Below, piece after piece: positions 37,473-47,800 of a stretch of DNA of 64,000 bases. Position 1 is the first letter of the stretch. Every line of letters starts with the position of its first letter. The notes beneath the pieces were generated by a model. That model saw only the letters and a program-made list of their open reading frames with translations. It was not told where the DNA came from and made no database searches. The translations under genes and the position numbers were made by a program. Where the stretch lies: sequence record OV032902.1; one strand, given 5' to 3'.

Positions 37473-40320
37473 ATGTCGACCATTCAATATCAACATCATC
37501 AACGATATCCATCTCGCCGTTAGCCAATACAAGTACCTTCGAAGCTAGAGTAAAGCTAGCGTTCTCTTCTTGTAGCTGTGCCATTTGCGCATCTGGAATA
37601 GGACTGTCAATCTCGATAGACTTAATGTTCTCTGGGCTTAGGTTACGCAGGTTAGCGTATAGTCGAGAAACATAGAAGTCACGATTAGTTAGTTCCGTGT
37701 TAAGGATACTGATCAGTGAAGTACGAATACGATCACGAATAGAAGAGTTCTGGTAAGCAGAGTCTGTTAGACGGATACGTACCTTGAACGATAGCGCTGT
37801 ATTGATAAGAGCTTGACGACCAGCTTCCAATGTAGCTAGTGCATCTACCTTGTCACTTACAGGCTCGAAGAACAATTCTGTTTCTTCTAATAGCGATTGC
37901 TTAACTCGTGCAACTGGACCTTTCAGTGTAGAGACAAGAGTCTGAGGAATGCTCTTAGAGTACGATGTTAGTTCTAGAGTACTACCGAATCGGAATGCTG
38001 CGTCAATTAACGCTAGACGACATTCGAATGCTAGACCACCAGGAACTTCTTCGATAGCTAGACCAGTAATCTCGTCAACCATCAAATCACCTTTACGATG
38101 TAACCATTGTAGTTCACCGTCGATGACAACTTGTTCACCTTGCTCGTATTCTTTCTTGAAGTCAAACGTACCGTCTTCATTCTCTTGAAGAATCTTGCCC
38201 GTGATACCTTCTTCGTATTTAGTTTCCTCATATAAGTCAGGAACATCATACGGCCAAGTAGCATAAGTAGGGTCGGTCAAAACAACGCGCATTGGCGTGT
38301 ATAGGCTCTCTAAGTGATTACCCAATACAATGTCAAGCTTCTCGTGGTTAATGGCCGTGTACGTGCCTCCTAGAGCGTTCTTGGCTAGGACATAGTCAAA
38401 TGCACTTGTACCAGCAGCTGTTGTATTCAGATAAACCAAATCAAAGCTTGATTCTTCTAGAGAGATACGAGGAGCACCATTACCACTCCAACCCATGGAG
38501 CTAAAGAAGTGCTTGCTGTCGATATCTAGTTCATTGGTGAATTCGAAATCAAAGCGAGTTTGTGCACTGTCGATAATCGTACGTTCGCCAACGATATCCC
38601 ATTGACTTCCACTAACCGGGTCAGTGTAGTTTAGAACAGCGATAGTGCGCTCACCAAAGTTAGGTGTCTCGGCAACAATCGAAATAACGTAAACTTGAGT
38701 TTCTTCGTTGTACGTCAAAGACGTTTCAGAAGTATTCACCGTGAAGCCCACATTAGGATTCTGGTTCAAGTTGTTTACTGTGTCAACGACAGGCTCGGCA
38801 ATGTAGTAGCCACGAAGATTGTTCGTGGTAAACGTTTCATCGATTACGTAATGGAAAGGAGTATAGAAGTAACTATTCTCGTTTAAGTAATCTGCCTTCT
38901 CGTAAATACTTAGATTGTTGAAGCTAATAGTTTCCTGGTCAGACATGATACGTACCACGCCGTCCTCTTTTGTATAAAGAGCATTTGGCTTGATAGTAGC
39001 AAGTGTACCAGTACGAACGATGTGTGCATTCAAGTCATCACGATCAAGGTTGATCTCAACACGTGCTGCGGCTGTACCAGTACCAGCAGTTACGCCGATG
39101 GTTTCAGGAACCTCTAGTTTCTTAGTCGCAACGAAGGTACGGTTAGTGATAACATCTTTCTGACGTTCAACACCCATGCCTTCCTTGTTAAGTGCAACCT
39201 TAAGCTCATCAAACGAACGAGACTTGTCTTTAGAAGAATCACCATTGATGAGGTTAGACTTCATCTGCTCGAAAGTAATTCCGTCCGTACCACCAATAGT
39301 GCGATCACGAGACATTACTGTACGAACAGTCAAACCAAGTACTGCGTCTTCAAACTCAGTTGTTTCGCTAGATAGGCTTTGTAATTCGCCTGACCATACT
39401 GAAGCATCGAAGTCAGCAAGACCTAGATCAATCTTACCTTTAGTAGTAAATACATCAACACGAATTGTGTTACCGATGTTACTATTGGTAAAGTAAATCT
39501 CCGGCATCTTAATACGAAGCTTGTTGCCAGTAACTTGTAAACGAGCAGTTGCTTCCGCCGCATCAAATACTTGTTCATCAAAGGTAGTTTGAATCTCTGA
39601 CCAAACTTCACCTTGTTTAGTATAGATACGGGCAGCATAGAAGTTATCCTGGAAACCAATCTCTGACGTATAGCCAGAAACATCTGAGATAGCTTGTGTG
39701 CTTGTAGAAGGACGCAGCTGAATCGCAGTAGGTTGAAGAATAAGAACTTCTTGGTCGCCTAGGATAGCCAACTTAGATGGAACGTGGTTAGTAACTAGCT
39801 CACGCAGTGGACTAGCTACCGAGTCATCCCAACGAGCACGGAACTGACCGTCATCCATTACGAAGATTTCGATCGGGTATCCAAGATAGAAAGCCGTGTT
39901 AGAAACTTCGAAGTATGAATCGCCAGGGATAACAATCTTCTTCATTCCAGAAGCTGAGTCTTCGATAGCAACACTGCGAATTTCTTCGGCACTGAATGCT
40001 AGAGTTAACGAAACATCTTCCGAAGGTTTAGCGAAACGATCTAGATGGTCCGCTGATGACATATGAGGAAATAGATCTTCCCATGTCTGCGCTAGTTTAA
40101 CGAACTCACGACGTGACAGACTTTCTGCACGCATGATTGCACCAGCATTGATTGTAGCCGTGGTAGCCAATAGAGCAATTGATGGTTGAGTAATGTCAAC
40201 AACATCGTATTCTCCATTGTAGGCCTCTCCTAGCATCTCTAAACCAAGTTCAAAGATACTGGCAGGAGACGATTCAAGATGAGTAGAGAGACTATTTAAA
40301 GTCTCAGTTGCTTTACTCAT
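37471..40320 (-). CDS. baseplate wedge-like structural protein (phiKZ gp87-like)
   Basis: 949 aa acidic, beta-rich protein, paired with a gp88-like gene and divergent from gp89, as in phiKZ. Function is inferred. Confidence 0.6.
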   Translation of the reverse strand: MSKATETLNSLSTHLESSPASIFELGLEMLGEAYNGEYDVVDITQPSIALLATTATINAGAIMRAESLSRREFVKLAQTWEDLFPHMSSADHLDRFAKPSEDVSLTLAFSAEEIRSVAIEDSASGMKKIVIPGDSYFEVSNTAFYLGYPIEIFVMDDGQFRARWDDSVASPLRELVTNHVPSKLAILGDQEVLILQPTAIQLRPSTSTQAISDVSGYTSEIGFQDNFYAARIYTKQGEVWSEIQTTFDEQVFDAAEATARLQVTGNKLRIKMPEIYFTNSNIGNTIRVDVFTTKGKIDLGLADFDASVWSGELQSLSSETTEFEDAVLGLTVRTVMSRDRTIGGTDGITFEQMKSNLINGDSSKDKSRSFDELKVALNKEGMGVERQKDVITNRTFVATKKLEVPETIGVTAGTGTAAARVEINLDRDDLNAHIVRTGTLATIKPNALYTKEDGVVRIMSDQETISFNNLSIYEKADYLNENSYFYTPFHYVIDETFTTNNLRGYYIAEPVVDTVNNLNQNPNVGFTVNTSETSLTYNEETQVYVISIVAETPNFGERTIAVLNYTDPVSGSQWDIVGERTIIDSAQTRFDFEFTNELDIDSKHFFSSMGWSGNGAPRISLEESSFDLVYLNTTAAGTSAFDYVLAKNALGGTYTAINHEKLDIVLGNHLESLYTPMRVVLTDPTYATWPYDVPDLYEETKYEEGITGKILQENEDGTFDFKKEYEQGEQVVIDGELQWLHRKGDLMVDEITGLAIEEVPGGLAFECRLALIDAAFRFGSTLELTSYSKSIPQTLVSTLKGPVARVKQSLLEETELFFEPVSDKVDALATLEAGRQALINTALSFKVRIRLTDSAYQNSSIRDRIRTSLISILNTELTNRDFYVSRLYANLRNLSPENIKSIEIDSPIPDAQMAQLQEENASFTLASKVLVLANGEMDIVDDVDIEWST

Positions 40321-41393
40321 TATACTTCTCCGTCTGTAGGTGTAATGCCATTAGCGGCTAGGATGTCGTAGAAAGAGTCTTTCTCAATCCACCACTCTAG
40401 TTCGTTAGAGGCAGGGTTAATAAGAGGATAGCCACGGTGATTAAAGTAGGTCTTCCACTTTAATGGAATCTTGACCATACGGTCCGCATCACCTTCGTAG
40501 ATGAGACGACGCATATCAGGATTAAAATCACCGACTAGTTTATTAAAGCGTTCAAAGATGCCTGGGTCATTGTAAAGAAAACCAAAGCATCGCATAGGTA
40601 CGGAAATCTGACGTCCAGTTAACTGAATAGTTGGACCGGTCTCAATATTGAAATGAGCACCGTTGTTCGTACCTTGCCAAAAGCCGCCCATGTTTAGACA
40701 GGCAATCTTTTGTACAAAAGTCTTTGTACGGTCAGTCAGAATAATATATACATTCTGAGCATAATCAATTTCGAATTCGTTCTCGCTTCTTTCTAATGGA
40801 GGAATTGTTCCTAGGGCAACATGACCCATGTATTGAAAGTAAGCGGTAAAGAATGCTGAATGCGGGTCACCTTCTTTCGAATTAAACGTGAACTGCAAAT
40901 CAAATGTAGAGAAACTCTCTGGACGACCATCTGCCCAGCCGACAACTTCTTTTGCCCAACCTTCTTCAGACTCGAAGAATTCCATGGCCTCATCTGGCCA
41001 ACCGGATACACTTTCTAGACTTGAAGACAGAAATGGAATGAAGGGATACTTGTCATTAATGGCTGGACACGGCTCGCTGGAACCCCGACCCTCAGGTCTT
41101 GCCAAAGAACACTTTACGGCGTTAGCTTGGCTATTAGGAGCAGGATCTAACAAATATTGTAGTTTACGGACCCTGAGTACGTTACCGTCTCGCAGGTTCA
41201 AATTCGGCTTTGTAATAAAGGCATAGGCAAAAACATCTTCATTGATTTTAACCATGTCTGTATTGCCGAAATGGCTAGGACCGTAAAACATATTGAACAG
41301 CGCGCTATCAGGGTCACCCATCGCCGCTTGCCGTCTGGCTTGTCGAGTAGGTTTTTCTCTAGCCTGTAAATTAGATAAGTCTTCGCTGGACAT
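40320..41393 (-). CDS. tail/baseplate structural protein (phiKZ gp88-like)
   Basis: ATG 41393 with GAGGAG RBS. FITKPNLNL and PFIPFLS..LESVSGWPD segments recalled from gp88-type proteins. Confidence 0.65.
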   Translation of the reverse strand: MSSEDLSNLQAREKPTRQARRQAAMGDPDSALFNMFYGPSHFGNTDMVKINEDVFAYAFITKPNLNLRDGNVLRVRKLQYLLDPAPNSQANAVKCSLARPEGRGSSEPCPAINDKYPFIPFLSSSLESVSGWPDEAMEFFESEEGWAKEVVGWADGRPESFSTFDLQFTFNSKEGDPHSAFFTAYFQYMGHVALGTIPPLERSENEFEIDYAQNVYIILTDRTKTFVQKIACLNMGGFWQGTNNGAHFNIETGPTIQLTGRQISVPMRCFGFLYNDPGIFERFNKLVGDFNPDMRRLIYEGDADRMVKIPLKWKTYFNHRGYPLINPASNELEWWIEKDSFYDILAANGITPTDGEV

Positions 41394-41442
41394 GAAAAAC
41401 TCCTCATGGTAAATCGAAGAAAAATTTTCTAAGGATATAAAA

Positions 41443-42555
41443 ATGTCTACTAAAAATAAAGACACTGACTTTTTCAGTCAGGTTTTGAAATACTTAAGAG
41501 TCATCGAGGATGACCGCGAGTCAATCGCAGAAGCGTCGAACATGGCAGCATTGACTCCTATGGTTCTGACTGGTGGCGATCTAGTAAATACTCTAGATAC
41601 AGAAACCATTCATAACATTTACCAGTTCAATCTTAGCATGTATGCAGCAATGTGGATTCGTGCCGCATCTCTACTGCTTCCAGTTGATGGTAATTTTGAA
41701 GACGCTACGGTAGAAAAGATTCTAGAACCTCTTTCAGACCGTCGTCCACGCACAACTACTGACAGTGCGGTTAAGAAGCTAGGTGAGTTCATTGCTGATC
41801 TTACACTAGAAGGCTACAACTCAGAGCTAAATCTTGCAAGTAGTTCTGGTTCTCTTCTTGAGCAATTCGACGCTGAGAAGTACGAAGAAGCAGAAGTAGC
41901 TAAACCTTCTAACCTTGCAGTAGGTAAATTGATTTACTTGCCGATCAACATTAAAGGTCAAAGCAAGGCATTAATGCAACCAATTCAAGTTACGGTTAAG
42001 CCAAACGTTATTGACGTAAACTTCATGGCTCGCCTACTTAACGCATTCGTTGGTAAAGACCAATCTATCATGGGTCGCTGGCGTCGTTTCATCGATGGTG
42101 AAATCGAAGGTTCTGCAACATACCTACTTGGTTTCGATATCATCGCTGAAGACCGTAAGCTTCGTATGGAAGACAAAGATGGTCTATACGGCTTGATTCA
42201 AAACAACCGTAGTCGCGGTACACTATCTTCTATCATGGCTGGTAAGAAGCTTAACTACAACGTAGCATCTAACATGATGGTTATGTCTACAGCTTCTATG
42301 CGTCAACTAGAAGGCGCTATGCGTGGCAAGATGTCTAGTCCTCGTACTCGCGATCGTTTCTTCAAGACCACTGGTTGTATGATGCTTTCTGTTGTTGATC
42401 CAACAATGGAGAAATTGGTTGTTTACACTCTAGGTCAATCTGACTACGGTGTTTACTCATTCGACGACCTTAAATTCAAAGGTAACAACTCTGGTGCAAA
42501 TGACATCCAGGGCATGCTTAAGTCCTTTGAACTTGGCAAGAGCTTTAACATGTAA
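41443..42555 (+). CDS. head protein (phiKZ gp89-like)
   Basis: 370 aa. NLAVGKL and C-terminal LVVYTLG segments; position divergent from gp88. Confidence 0.65.
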   Translation: MSTKNKDTDFFSQVLKYLRVIEDDRESIAEASNMAALTPMVLTGGDLVNTLDTETIHNIYQFNLSMYAAMWIRAASLLLPVDGNFEDATVEKILEPLSDRRPRTTTDSAVKKLGEFIADLTLEGYNSELNLASSSGSLLEQFDAEKYEEAEVAKPSNLAVGKLIYLPINIKGQSKALMQPIQVTVKPNVIDVNFMARLLNAFVGKDQSIMGRWRRFIDGEIEGSATYLLGFDIIAEDRKLRMEDKDGLYGLIQNNRSRGTLSSIMAGKKLNYNVASNMMVMSTASMRQLEGAMRGKMSSPRTRDRFFKTTGCMMLSVVDPTMEKLVVYTLGQSDYGVYSFDDLKFKGNNSGANDIQGMLKSFELGKSFNM

Positions 42556-42566
42556 GGGTCACCAAC

Positions 42567-43454
42567 ATGAGCATTTCAGCATTCATCGAGCAGGTGTTTA
42601 CACCTACTGAAAAAGAAGTCCTTGTTAAAGGACTAGAGCAAAACGTTGACAACCATGAAATCCTAGCTTCTGAGCTAACGGATATCGGTGACAGCGCATT
42701 GCGTAACACAGAAGTATACCGTCACTTTGATCGCGTACTTCGCACTAACGTTCACGCTTCTCCTATTTACAAGGGTGACCTTGTTCGCTTCCTAGCAATC
42801 ACTGCTGGCAAGATTCAAGAGAACCGTGGCAAATACGTTAAACTTATCGAGTCTTCTTTTGATAAGGAAGTAACTCGCAACGGTCTTGATTACCGTCGTG
42901 CTCACCTATTGCAGCTTTGTGCAGCTATCGACATCTTCTACGAGCTTCTAGTTAAGTTCATCTCTGTTGCTTCTTCGCAAACAGTTAAAGATGTTTACGC
43001 TAAGCAGAAAGTTACTCAGCAATACGCTAAAGAGCTAGCTGACGACAAGACTGCTCGTGTACTAGGTTTCATCTGTGCACTTATCCACAAGAAGCCTAGT
43101 GATCTAGAATCTGCATTCAAAGCAATGAAAGACGTTCCTTATGTTGCTGACCGTGCAAACGAAATCACTCGCGTTTACAAAGATCGCCTAGACCCAATGA
43201 AGTCTGGTCTAGCTCCTGGCTTTGGTCACCTTGTTGTGTTTATCGGCGGCTTGATGAACGAATGGCAGACTTACCGTCGTGACCGTGCTAAGGAAATCCT
43301 TAAGCAAGTTCGCATGGAACAGATCTACCGTAAGCGTGCTATGGAAGGTGCAAGCCCTGAAGAGCTAGCAGCACTTGAAGAGCAAATCAAAGCTGGTGAG
43401 CGTCGCATCATGAAGCTTGAGCAAAAGATCAAGGACTTAGAAGATGGCATGTAA
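42567..43454 (+). CDS. head/inner-body protein (phiKZ gp90-like)
   Basis: 295 aa with a C-terminal coiled coil; assigned by position. Confidence 0.65.
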   Translation: MSISAFIEQVFTPTEKEVLVKGLEQNVDNHEILASELTDIGDSALRNTEVYRHFDRVLRTNVHASPIYKGDLVRFLAITAGKIQENRGKYVKLIESSFDKEVTRNGLDYRRAHLLQLCAAIDIFYELLVKFISVASSQTVKDVYAKQKVTQQYAKELADDKTARVLGFICALIHKKPSDLESAFKAMKDVPYVADRANEITRVYKDRLDPMKSGLAPGFGHLVVFIGGLMNEWQTYRRDRAKEILKQVRMEQIYRKRAMEGASPEELAALEEQIKAGERRIMKLEQKIKDLEDGM

Positions 43455-43917
43455 ACTGCATGAAGCCATCGAGTTCTCGAAAGCTTACTCGGCTGGCGAT
43501 TTCACTATTGACTGTGTCAGCAAGTTGATCGAAGTCAAATCACTTCGTGACCATATCCTAATGCGTACAGCTAACCTGTCGCACGATATGAATCTTGCTG
43601 GTGTTCAGGCAATCATGGAAATCCTTTACAAACGTGCAGCGGGCGAAAAATGTTTATTTCGCCCTATGGACATGATTTACCTTGGCCTTACAGAAGGTAC
43701 TGAGGAAAGTCACGAATCTATGTTGGTACAGAAGAAAATCTTCTACCGCAAAAGCTCTATTCAACGTGGAGCTAGCATCGAACTGTTCGATAAGTTACTA
43801 CCTCTCACAAACAAGCATGAGGTTAATTACTGTATCGACACAGTGCAAGCACTTGCGCAATTGCTTTACAATAAGCAAAACCCTCCTGGCCCGGCTACGC
43901 CTCCGCCAGACAACTAA
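43444..43917 (+). CDS. hypothetical protein (phiKZ gp91 position)
   Basis: 157 aa, overlaps the upstream stop. Confidence 0.65.
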   Translation: MACKLHEAIEFSKAYSAGDFTIDCVSKLIEVKSLRDHILMRTANLSHDMNLAGVQAIMEILYKRAAGEKCLFRPMDMIYLGLTEGTEESHESMLVQKKIFYRKSSIQRGASIELFDKLLPLTNKHEVNYCIDTVQALAQLLYNKQNPPGPATPPPDN

Positions 43918-44033
43918 AAAAACATTTCGACTAATCTGATAGAAACCGCAATTTTAACAGAGCGTTTCAGAAAAATGTTTTTGTTACAAATTTCTCAAAC
44001 TGAGATAAAACCCCTTTGCAAAGGAAAAGAAAA

Positions 44034-45374
44034 ATGTTTAATACAACATCTTTTGAAGATCTATTCGCTACTGAACTAGATCAAGAAAACATGGGCGATC
44101 AAATCGCTGAAGAAAACAAAGTTTACGGTGAAGACGTAGTATTCGAATTCGACGACAGCATGGACGAAACTCTTCCAGCTGAAGAAATGGAACTACTGAA
44201 CCTTGAGTACCAATGGGCGCGCATCGAAGAAGTTGAAGCTTCTCACAACCGTCTACTTGCTACTGTAACTACTTCAATCGAAAACGGTGGCGCACGTGGC
44301 GATTCTGTTACTGCTATCACTGGTTGGTACGAAGACGCTTCTGCTTTCCTAGGCGCACACGCTGCTGAAGGCATCGACGCTGAATCTTTCGCTGAAGTTG
44401 GTGGTGCTCTAAGTGCAACTCAAGAAGTTGAACTTAAAGTAAAAGAAAACATTGGTAAACTAAAAGCTGGTGCAGCTAACGTTATCAAGAAAATCATCCA
44501 AACTCTTAAGAACCTGTTCAAGCGTTACTTGACTAAAGCTGGCCGCGTTAAAGCGAAAGTACAATCTACTTTCGGTGCAGCTGCTACTGTTAAAGGCAAA
44601 GCTAAGAACTCTAAAGTTTCTTTCAAAGGTATCGGCTACGCTTCAACTGCTGACAACTCTAAGAAAGCTGCTGAGTTCGTAATGGGTGTTTCTAAGTCTG
44701 GTCTTGGCCAAACTGCATCTGGCGTTAAGCAACTTATCGAAGCTGCTACTGGTGACTCTGTTGACACTAACGCAATCACTACAGCTATGGGCGCTATCCG
44801 TACTGGTATCGAGAAAGATCTTGGTCGTGTACAGAAAGTTGACGGCGGTCACGAGCTAGTTAAGAAGTCTGGCCTTAAAGGCGAAGGTAACTTCTACATC
44901 GCTGGTTACGAAATGGGCGGCCTAGGTGGTAAAGCTCTAGTAATCTTCGTACCTACTGCTGCTGATTCAACTAAAGCTCCAAGCGTACGTACTGTAGCTG
45001 CTGGTTCTAACCCAAGCGAACTACCACACGTTGAGCCTGCAACTCTTGGTCCTGGTGCTAAAGCACTTATCGAGAACGCAATGCTAGTTGGTCAGAAACT
45101 TGACACTGTTATCGGTGGTCTAGAGTCTGCTGCTAAAGGTAACATTGCTGGTGATCGTACTAAGCAAGTTAAGAACGCTATCTCGTTCCTTGGCGAACTA
45201 GGTAAACAAGTTCACCTACAAGCTGTACTTCAAGCTGAAGCTCAAGCTAACTACGCAATGGCGTGTGTTAAGAACATGGGTAAAGGCGACGCTCCTAAGA
45301 AAGACGAAGGTAAGTCTGACGAAGGCAAAGGCGACGAAGGCGCTGGCGACGAAGGTAAGAAAGAAGAAGAGTAA
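44034..45374 (+). CDS. abundant internal head protein (phiKZ gp93-97 family position)
   Basis: ATG 44034 with AAGGA RBS. Capsid-gene-like codon usage; acidic propeptide-like N-terminus, GIDAE/S, amphipathic helix, DEG-repeat tail. Confidence 0.7.
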   Translation: MFNTTSFEDLFATELDQENMGDQIAEENKVYGEDVVFEFDDSMDETLPAEEMELLNLEYQWARIEEVEASHNRLLATVTTSIENGGARGDSVTAITGWYEDASAFLGAHAAEGIDAESFAEVGGALSATQEVELKVKENIGKLKAGAANVIKKIIQTLKNLFKRYLTKAGRVKAKVQSTFGAAATVKGKAKNSKVSFKGIGYASTADNSKKAAEFVMGVSKSGLGQTASGVKQLIEAATGDSVDTNAITTAMGAIRTGIEKDLGRVQKVDGGHELVKKSGLKGEGNFYIAGYEMGGLGGKALVIFVPTAADSTKAPSVRTVAAGSNPSELPHVEPATLGPGAKALIENAMLVGQKLDTVIGGLESAAKGNIAGDRTKQVKNAISFLGELGKQVHLQAVLQAEAQANYAMACVKNMGKGDAPKKDEGKSDEGKGDEGAGDEGKKEEE

Positions 45375-45395
45375 TCTTCTACCTGTTTAAACTAC

Positions 45396-45430
45396 TAATG
45401 ACCAGCCTTCGGGCTGGTCATTATTATTTT
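45396..45430 (+). terminator. intrinsic terminator
   Basis: 12 bp stem TAATGACCAGCC-ttcg-GGCTGGTCATTA then TTATTTT. Confidence 0.85.
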
Positions 45431-45470
45431 CTCGTTTAATCTTATAGCTTGTACTATATGGAGAATCCCC

Positions 45471-46577
45471 ATGAGTGGTATTTACGCCGACTCGGTCTTT
45501 CAAGAAGAATTGGACTTTGATCGCATAGGTCATGAGACTGATGTCTTCTGTGATAGAATCGATACGCTTTGTCGGTTAGCAGACAAGCTAGAGGACGAGT
45601 CCATTGATACTGCGGCAAAAGCTATCTATGTTGAACGCCTTAAAGGCATCATCGGAGAGCAGGCAGTATTAGACTTATTCTTAGACACAGAGAATGCAAA
45701 AGACAAGACATCGTTAATCGGTAAAATACTTGGCTTAATCCGAAAAGCAATCGGGGCATTGTTCTCTAGTCTCGCTAACTACCTAACTAAAGTGTTCAGC
45801 TTTGTTAACCTTACTCTTAAGAAGGCCAACAAACTAGCAACACAAATTAACCGTAGTTTATATCGCTACGATGATACAGTTCCAGAGATTCGTAACTCTG
45901 GTGCCGTAGGTGCTATTGTAGACAATGGCAAACTACCTGACGCTAAACGCGTTAACGAAATCCTTAACCGTGATCTTCGTACGTTCTCTTCAGAACATCT
46001 TATCACTGCACTGATGCCTTCGGTAGCCTCGCTAGTAGCTGAGTCTTATTCAGGTAAGTCACTTGCAGAAATCAAAGAGTCGTTAAACGCTCGCTATAAG
46101 TTAATCGAAGATACAGCTAAGTCAAAGTACAAGGCCAGCAAGGTCGTTAAGAAAGAAACTAACTTTCTTACATATGGCATTAAAGGACTACCTAACAAGA
46201 TCGAGATATCTTGGAAGGCTGGTCAGCCGCCTCAGGCATCCATTGCTAAGGCAAAAGTTCGCCGTGGTACGATGATGAAGGGTTATGGTCCAGCAGAAGC
46301 ACAGAGCGTCATTACGGGCGTTGTGTCCATGTTGTCGTTTATTCTTGATAAAGATAATGGCAGTAAGTTTAAGAAGGAAATCGATAAGATGAATTCTTCA
46401 CTTAAAGCTGCCAATGATGGAGCAAAGCCAGTCCGTGAGATTGCAAAGATTGTTCCTCAGTGGGTTAAGTTCATCCGTAATCACATCAAGACTACAATCG
46501 ATTATGAATACCGGATTTGCCGTGCTGCTTATATCGCAGTTGCTGCATCCAAAGAAAAATGGACTATGAGTAAGTAG
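45471..46577 (+). CDS. internal head protein paralog
   Basis: 368 aa; acidic N-terminus, FLDTE/N, amphipathic helix, basic C-terminal domain. Confidence 0.65.
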   Translation: MSGIYADSVFQEELDFDRIGHETDVFCDRIDTLCRLADKLEDESIDTAAKAIYVERLKGIIGEQAVLDLFLDTENAKDKTSLIGKILGLIRKAIGALFSSLANYLTKVFSFVNLTLKKANKLATQINRSLYRYDDTVPEIRNSGAVGAIVDNGKLPDAKRVNEILNRDLRTFSSEHLITALMPSVASLVAESYSGKSLAEIKESLNARYKLIEDTAKSKYKASKVVKKETNFLTYGIKGLPNKIEISWKAGQPPQASIAKAKVRRGTMMKGYGPAEAQSVITGVVSMLSFILDKDNGSKFKKEIDKMNSSLKAANDGAKPVREIAKIVPQWVKFIRNHIKTTIDYEYRICRAAYIAVAASKEKWTMSK

Positions 46578-46585
46578 GTCAAATC

Positions 46586-47791
46586 ATGAGCATTTTAAAT
46601 ATCGGCAATCTCGTTGAGGAAGCACTTAACGATGCCAGCTTCTCAAAAGAAGGCTTCCAGGAATTCTTGGATAATAGCCATCTATTTGACAATGCAATGC
46701 AAGTAGCCGAATTCGGTTTACTTAATACTTGTAACTACCTGGACGATCTTAACGAACAGGCAGAAAAACTAGAGCGTGCTTTTGCGGATATCGAATCAGT
46801 TAACTTCGGTAACCAAGCAGTAATGGCACATCATCAGCACCTTATCCGAGAGACTGAGATTCTCCTGGGTAAAGACGATACGCCTCCTCCTGCACCAGAC
46901 ATGGGCGATGAAGGCGGCGAAGGTGATGAGAACAAGGGTGACGAACAAGTAGACCCTAATGCAGCTCCTCCAGTTAAAGACGCTAAGAAAGCCAAAGGCA
47001 ATCTTCTGCGTCGTATCCGTAAGAAAGTTGAAGAACTACTTCAGAAGGCAATTGCTTTCTTTAAAGAAATCTTCAGCATGAACAAGCGCCGTATCAAAGC
47101 AGCAGAGAAACTACTTGATGTTCTTGAGAAAGTCAAAGTAGATGAGACTAAGACTCTTAAGATCTCTGGCCCTGCTCACGTCTTTACATATGACGACGGT
47201 GACCAACCTGCATTCCTTCCAATGGAAGGCGTAGTTAACGCAATCGACGAAGTATTGAATCTTAAGATCAATGAGTTTGCCGACCAACTACGTGATGCTG
47301 GTAAGATGGCTACGCCAGATGAGACTCGTGAAGAGCTTATGCGTATCATCAAGATCTATGCTACAGATGAAGTTTTCAATCCGAAAGCTTTTGCAGCATT
47401 CAACCCAACTCGTGGCGGTAAAGCTCCGTTGCGTGTAAGCTTCTTTGAAAAGGACAAGAAAGTATTTGCCAAGTGTGAGTACGACATGTCTTTCGTTTCT
47501 CGTATGATGCGTCGTGGCGTTATCGAATGGGAGAGCGGAATCAAGAAGACTGAAATCGAAGAAATCATTCGAGCAGCTATTTCGTGTTATCATTTCGTTG
47601 ACGAAGCAAAAGAATCTATTCCTGATTCAGGCGAGAAGTCAGAGTTCATTAAGAGCGCAGAAAATGAAAAGGCTGCAACTATGGCAATGACGGCATCTGC
47701 TCGTACATTGATTGCATTCACTCGCTACAGCGGTTACATCGCAAACGGCGCTATGTCTCTAGCTAAGAGCTACGTAGAAGCAACACAATAG
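46586..47791 (+). CDS. internal head protein paralog
   Basis: 401 aa; same architecture with a P/G/D/E-rich linker. Confidence 0.65.
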   Translation: MSILNIGNLVEEALNDASFSKEGFQEFLDNSHLFDNAMQVAEFGLLNTCNYLDDLNEQAEKLERAFADIESVNFGNQAVMAHHQHLIRETEILLGKDDTPPPAPDMGDEGGEGDENKGDEQVDPNAAPPVKDAKKAKGNLLRRIRKKVEELLQKAIAFFKEIFSMNKRRIKAAEKLLDVLEKVKVDETKTLKISGPAHVFTYDDGDQPAFLPMEGVVNAIDEVLNLKINEFADQLRDAGKMATPDETREELMRIIKIYATDEVFNPKAFAAFNPTRGGKAPLRVSFFEKDKKVFAKCEYDMSFVSRMMRRGVIEWESGIKKTEIEEIIRAAISCYHFVDEAKESIPDSGEKSEFIKSAENEKAATMAMTASARTLIAFTRYSGYIANGAMSLAKSYVEATQ

Positions 47792-47800
47792 GAAAGAACC

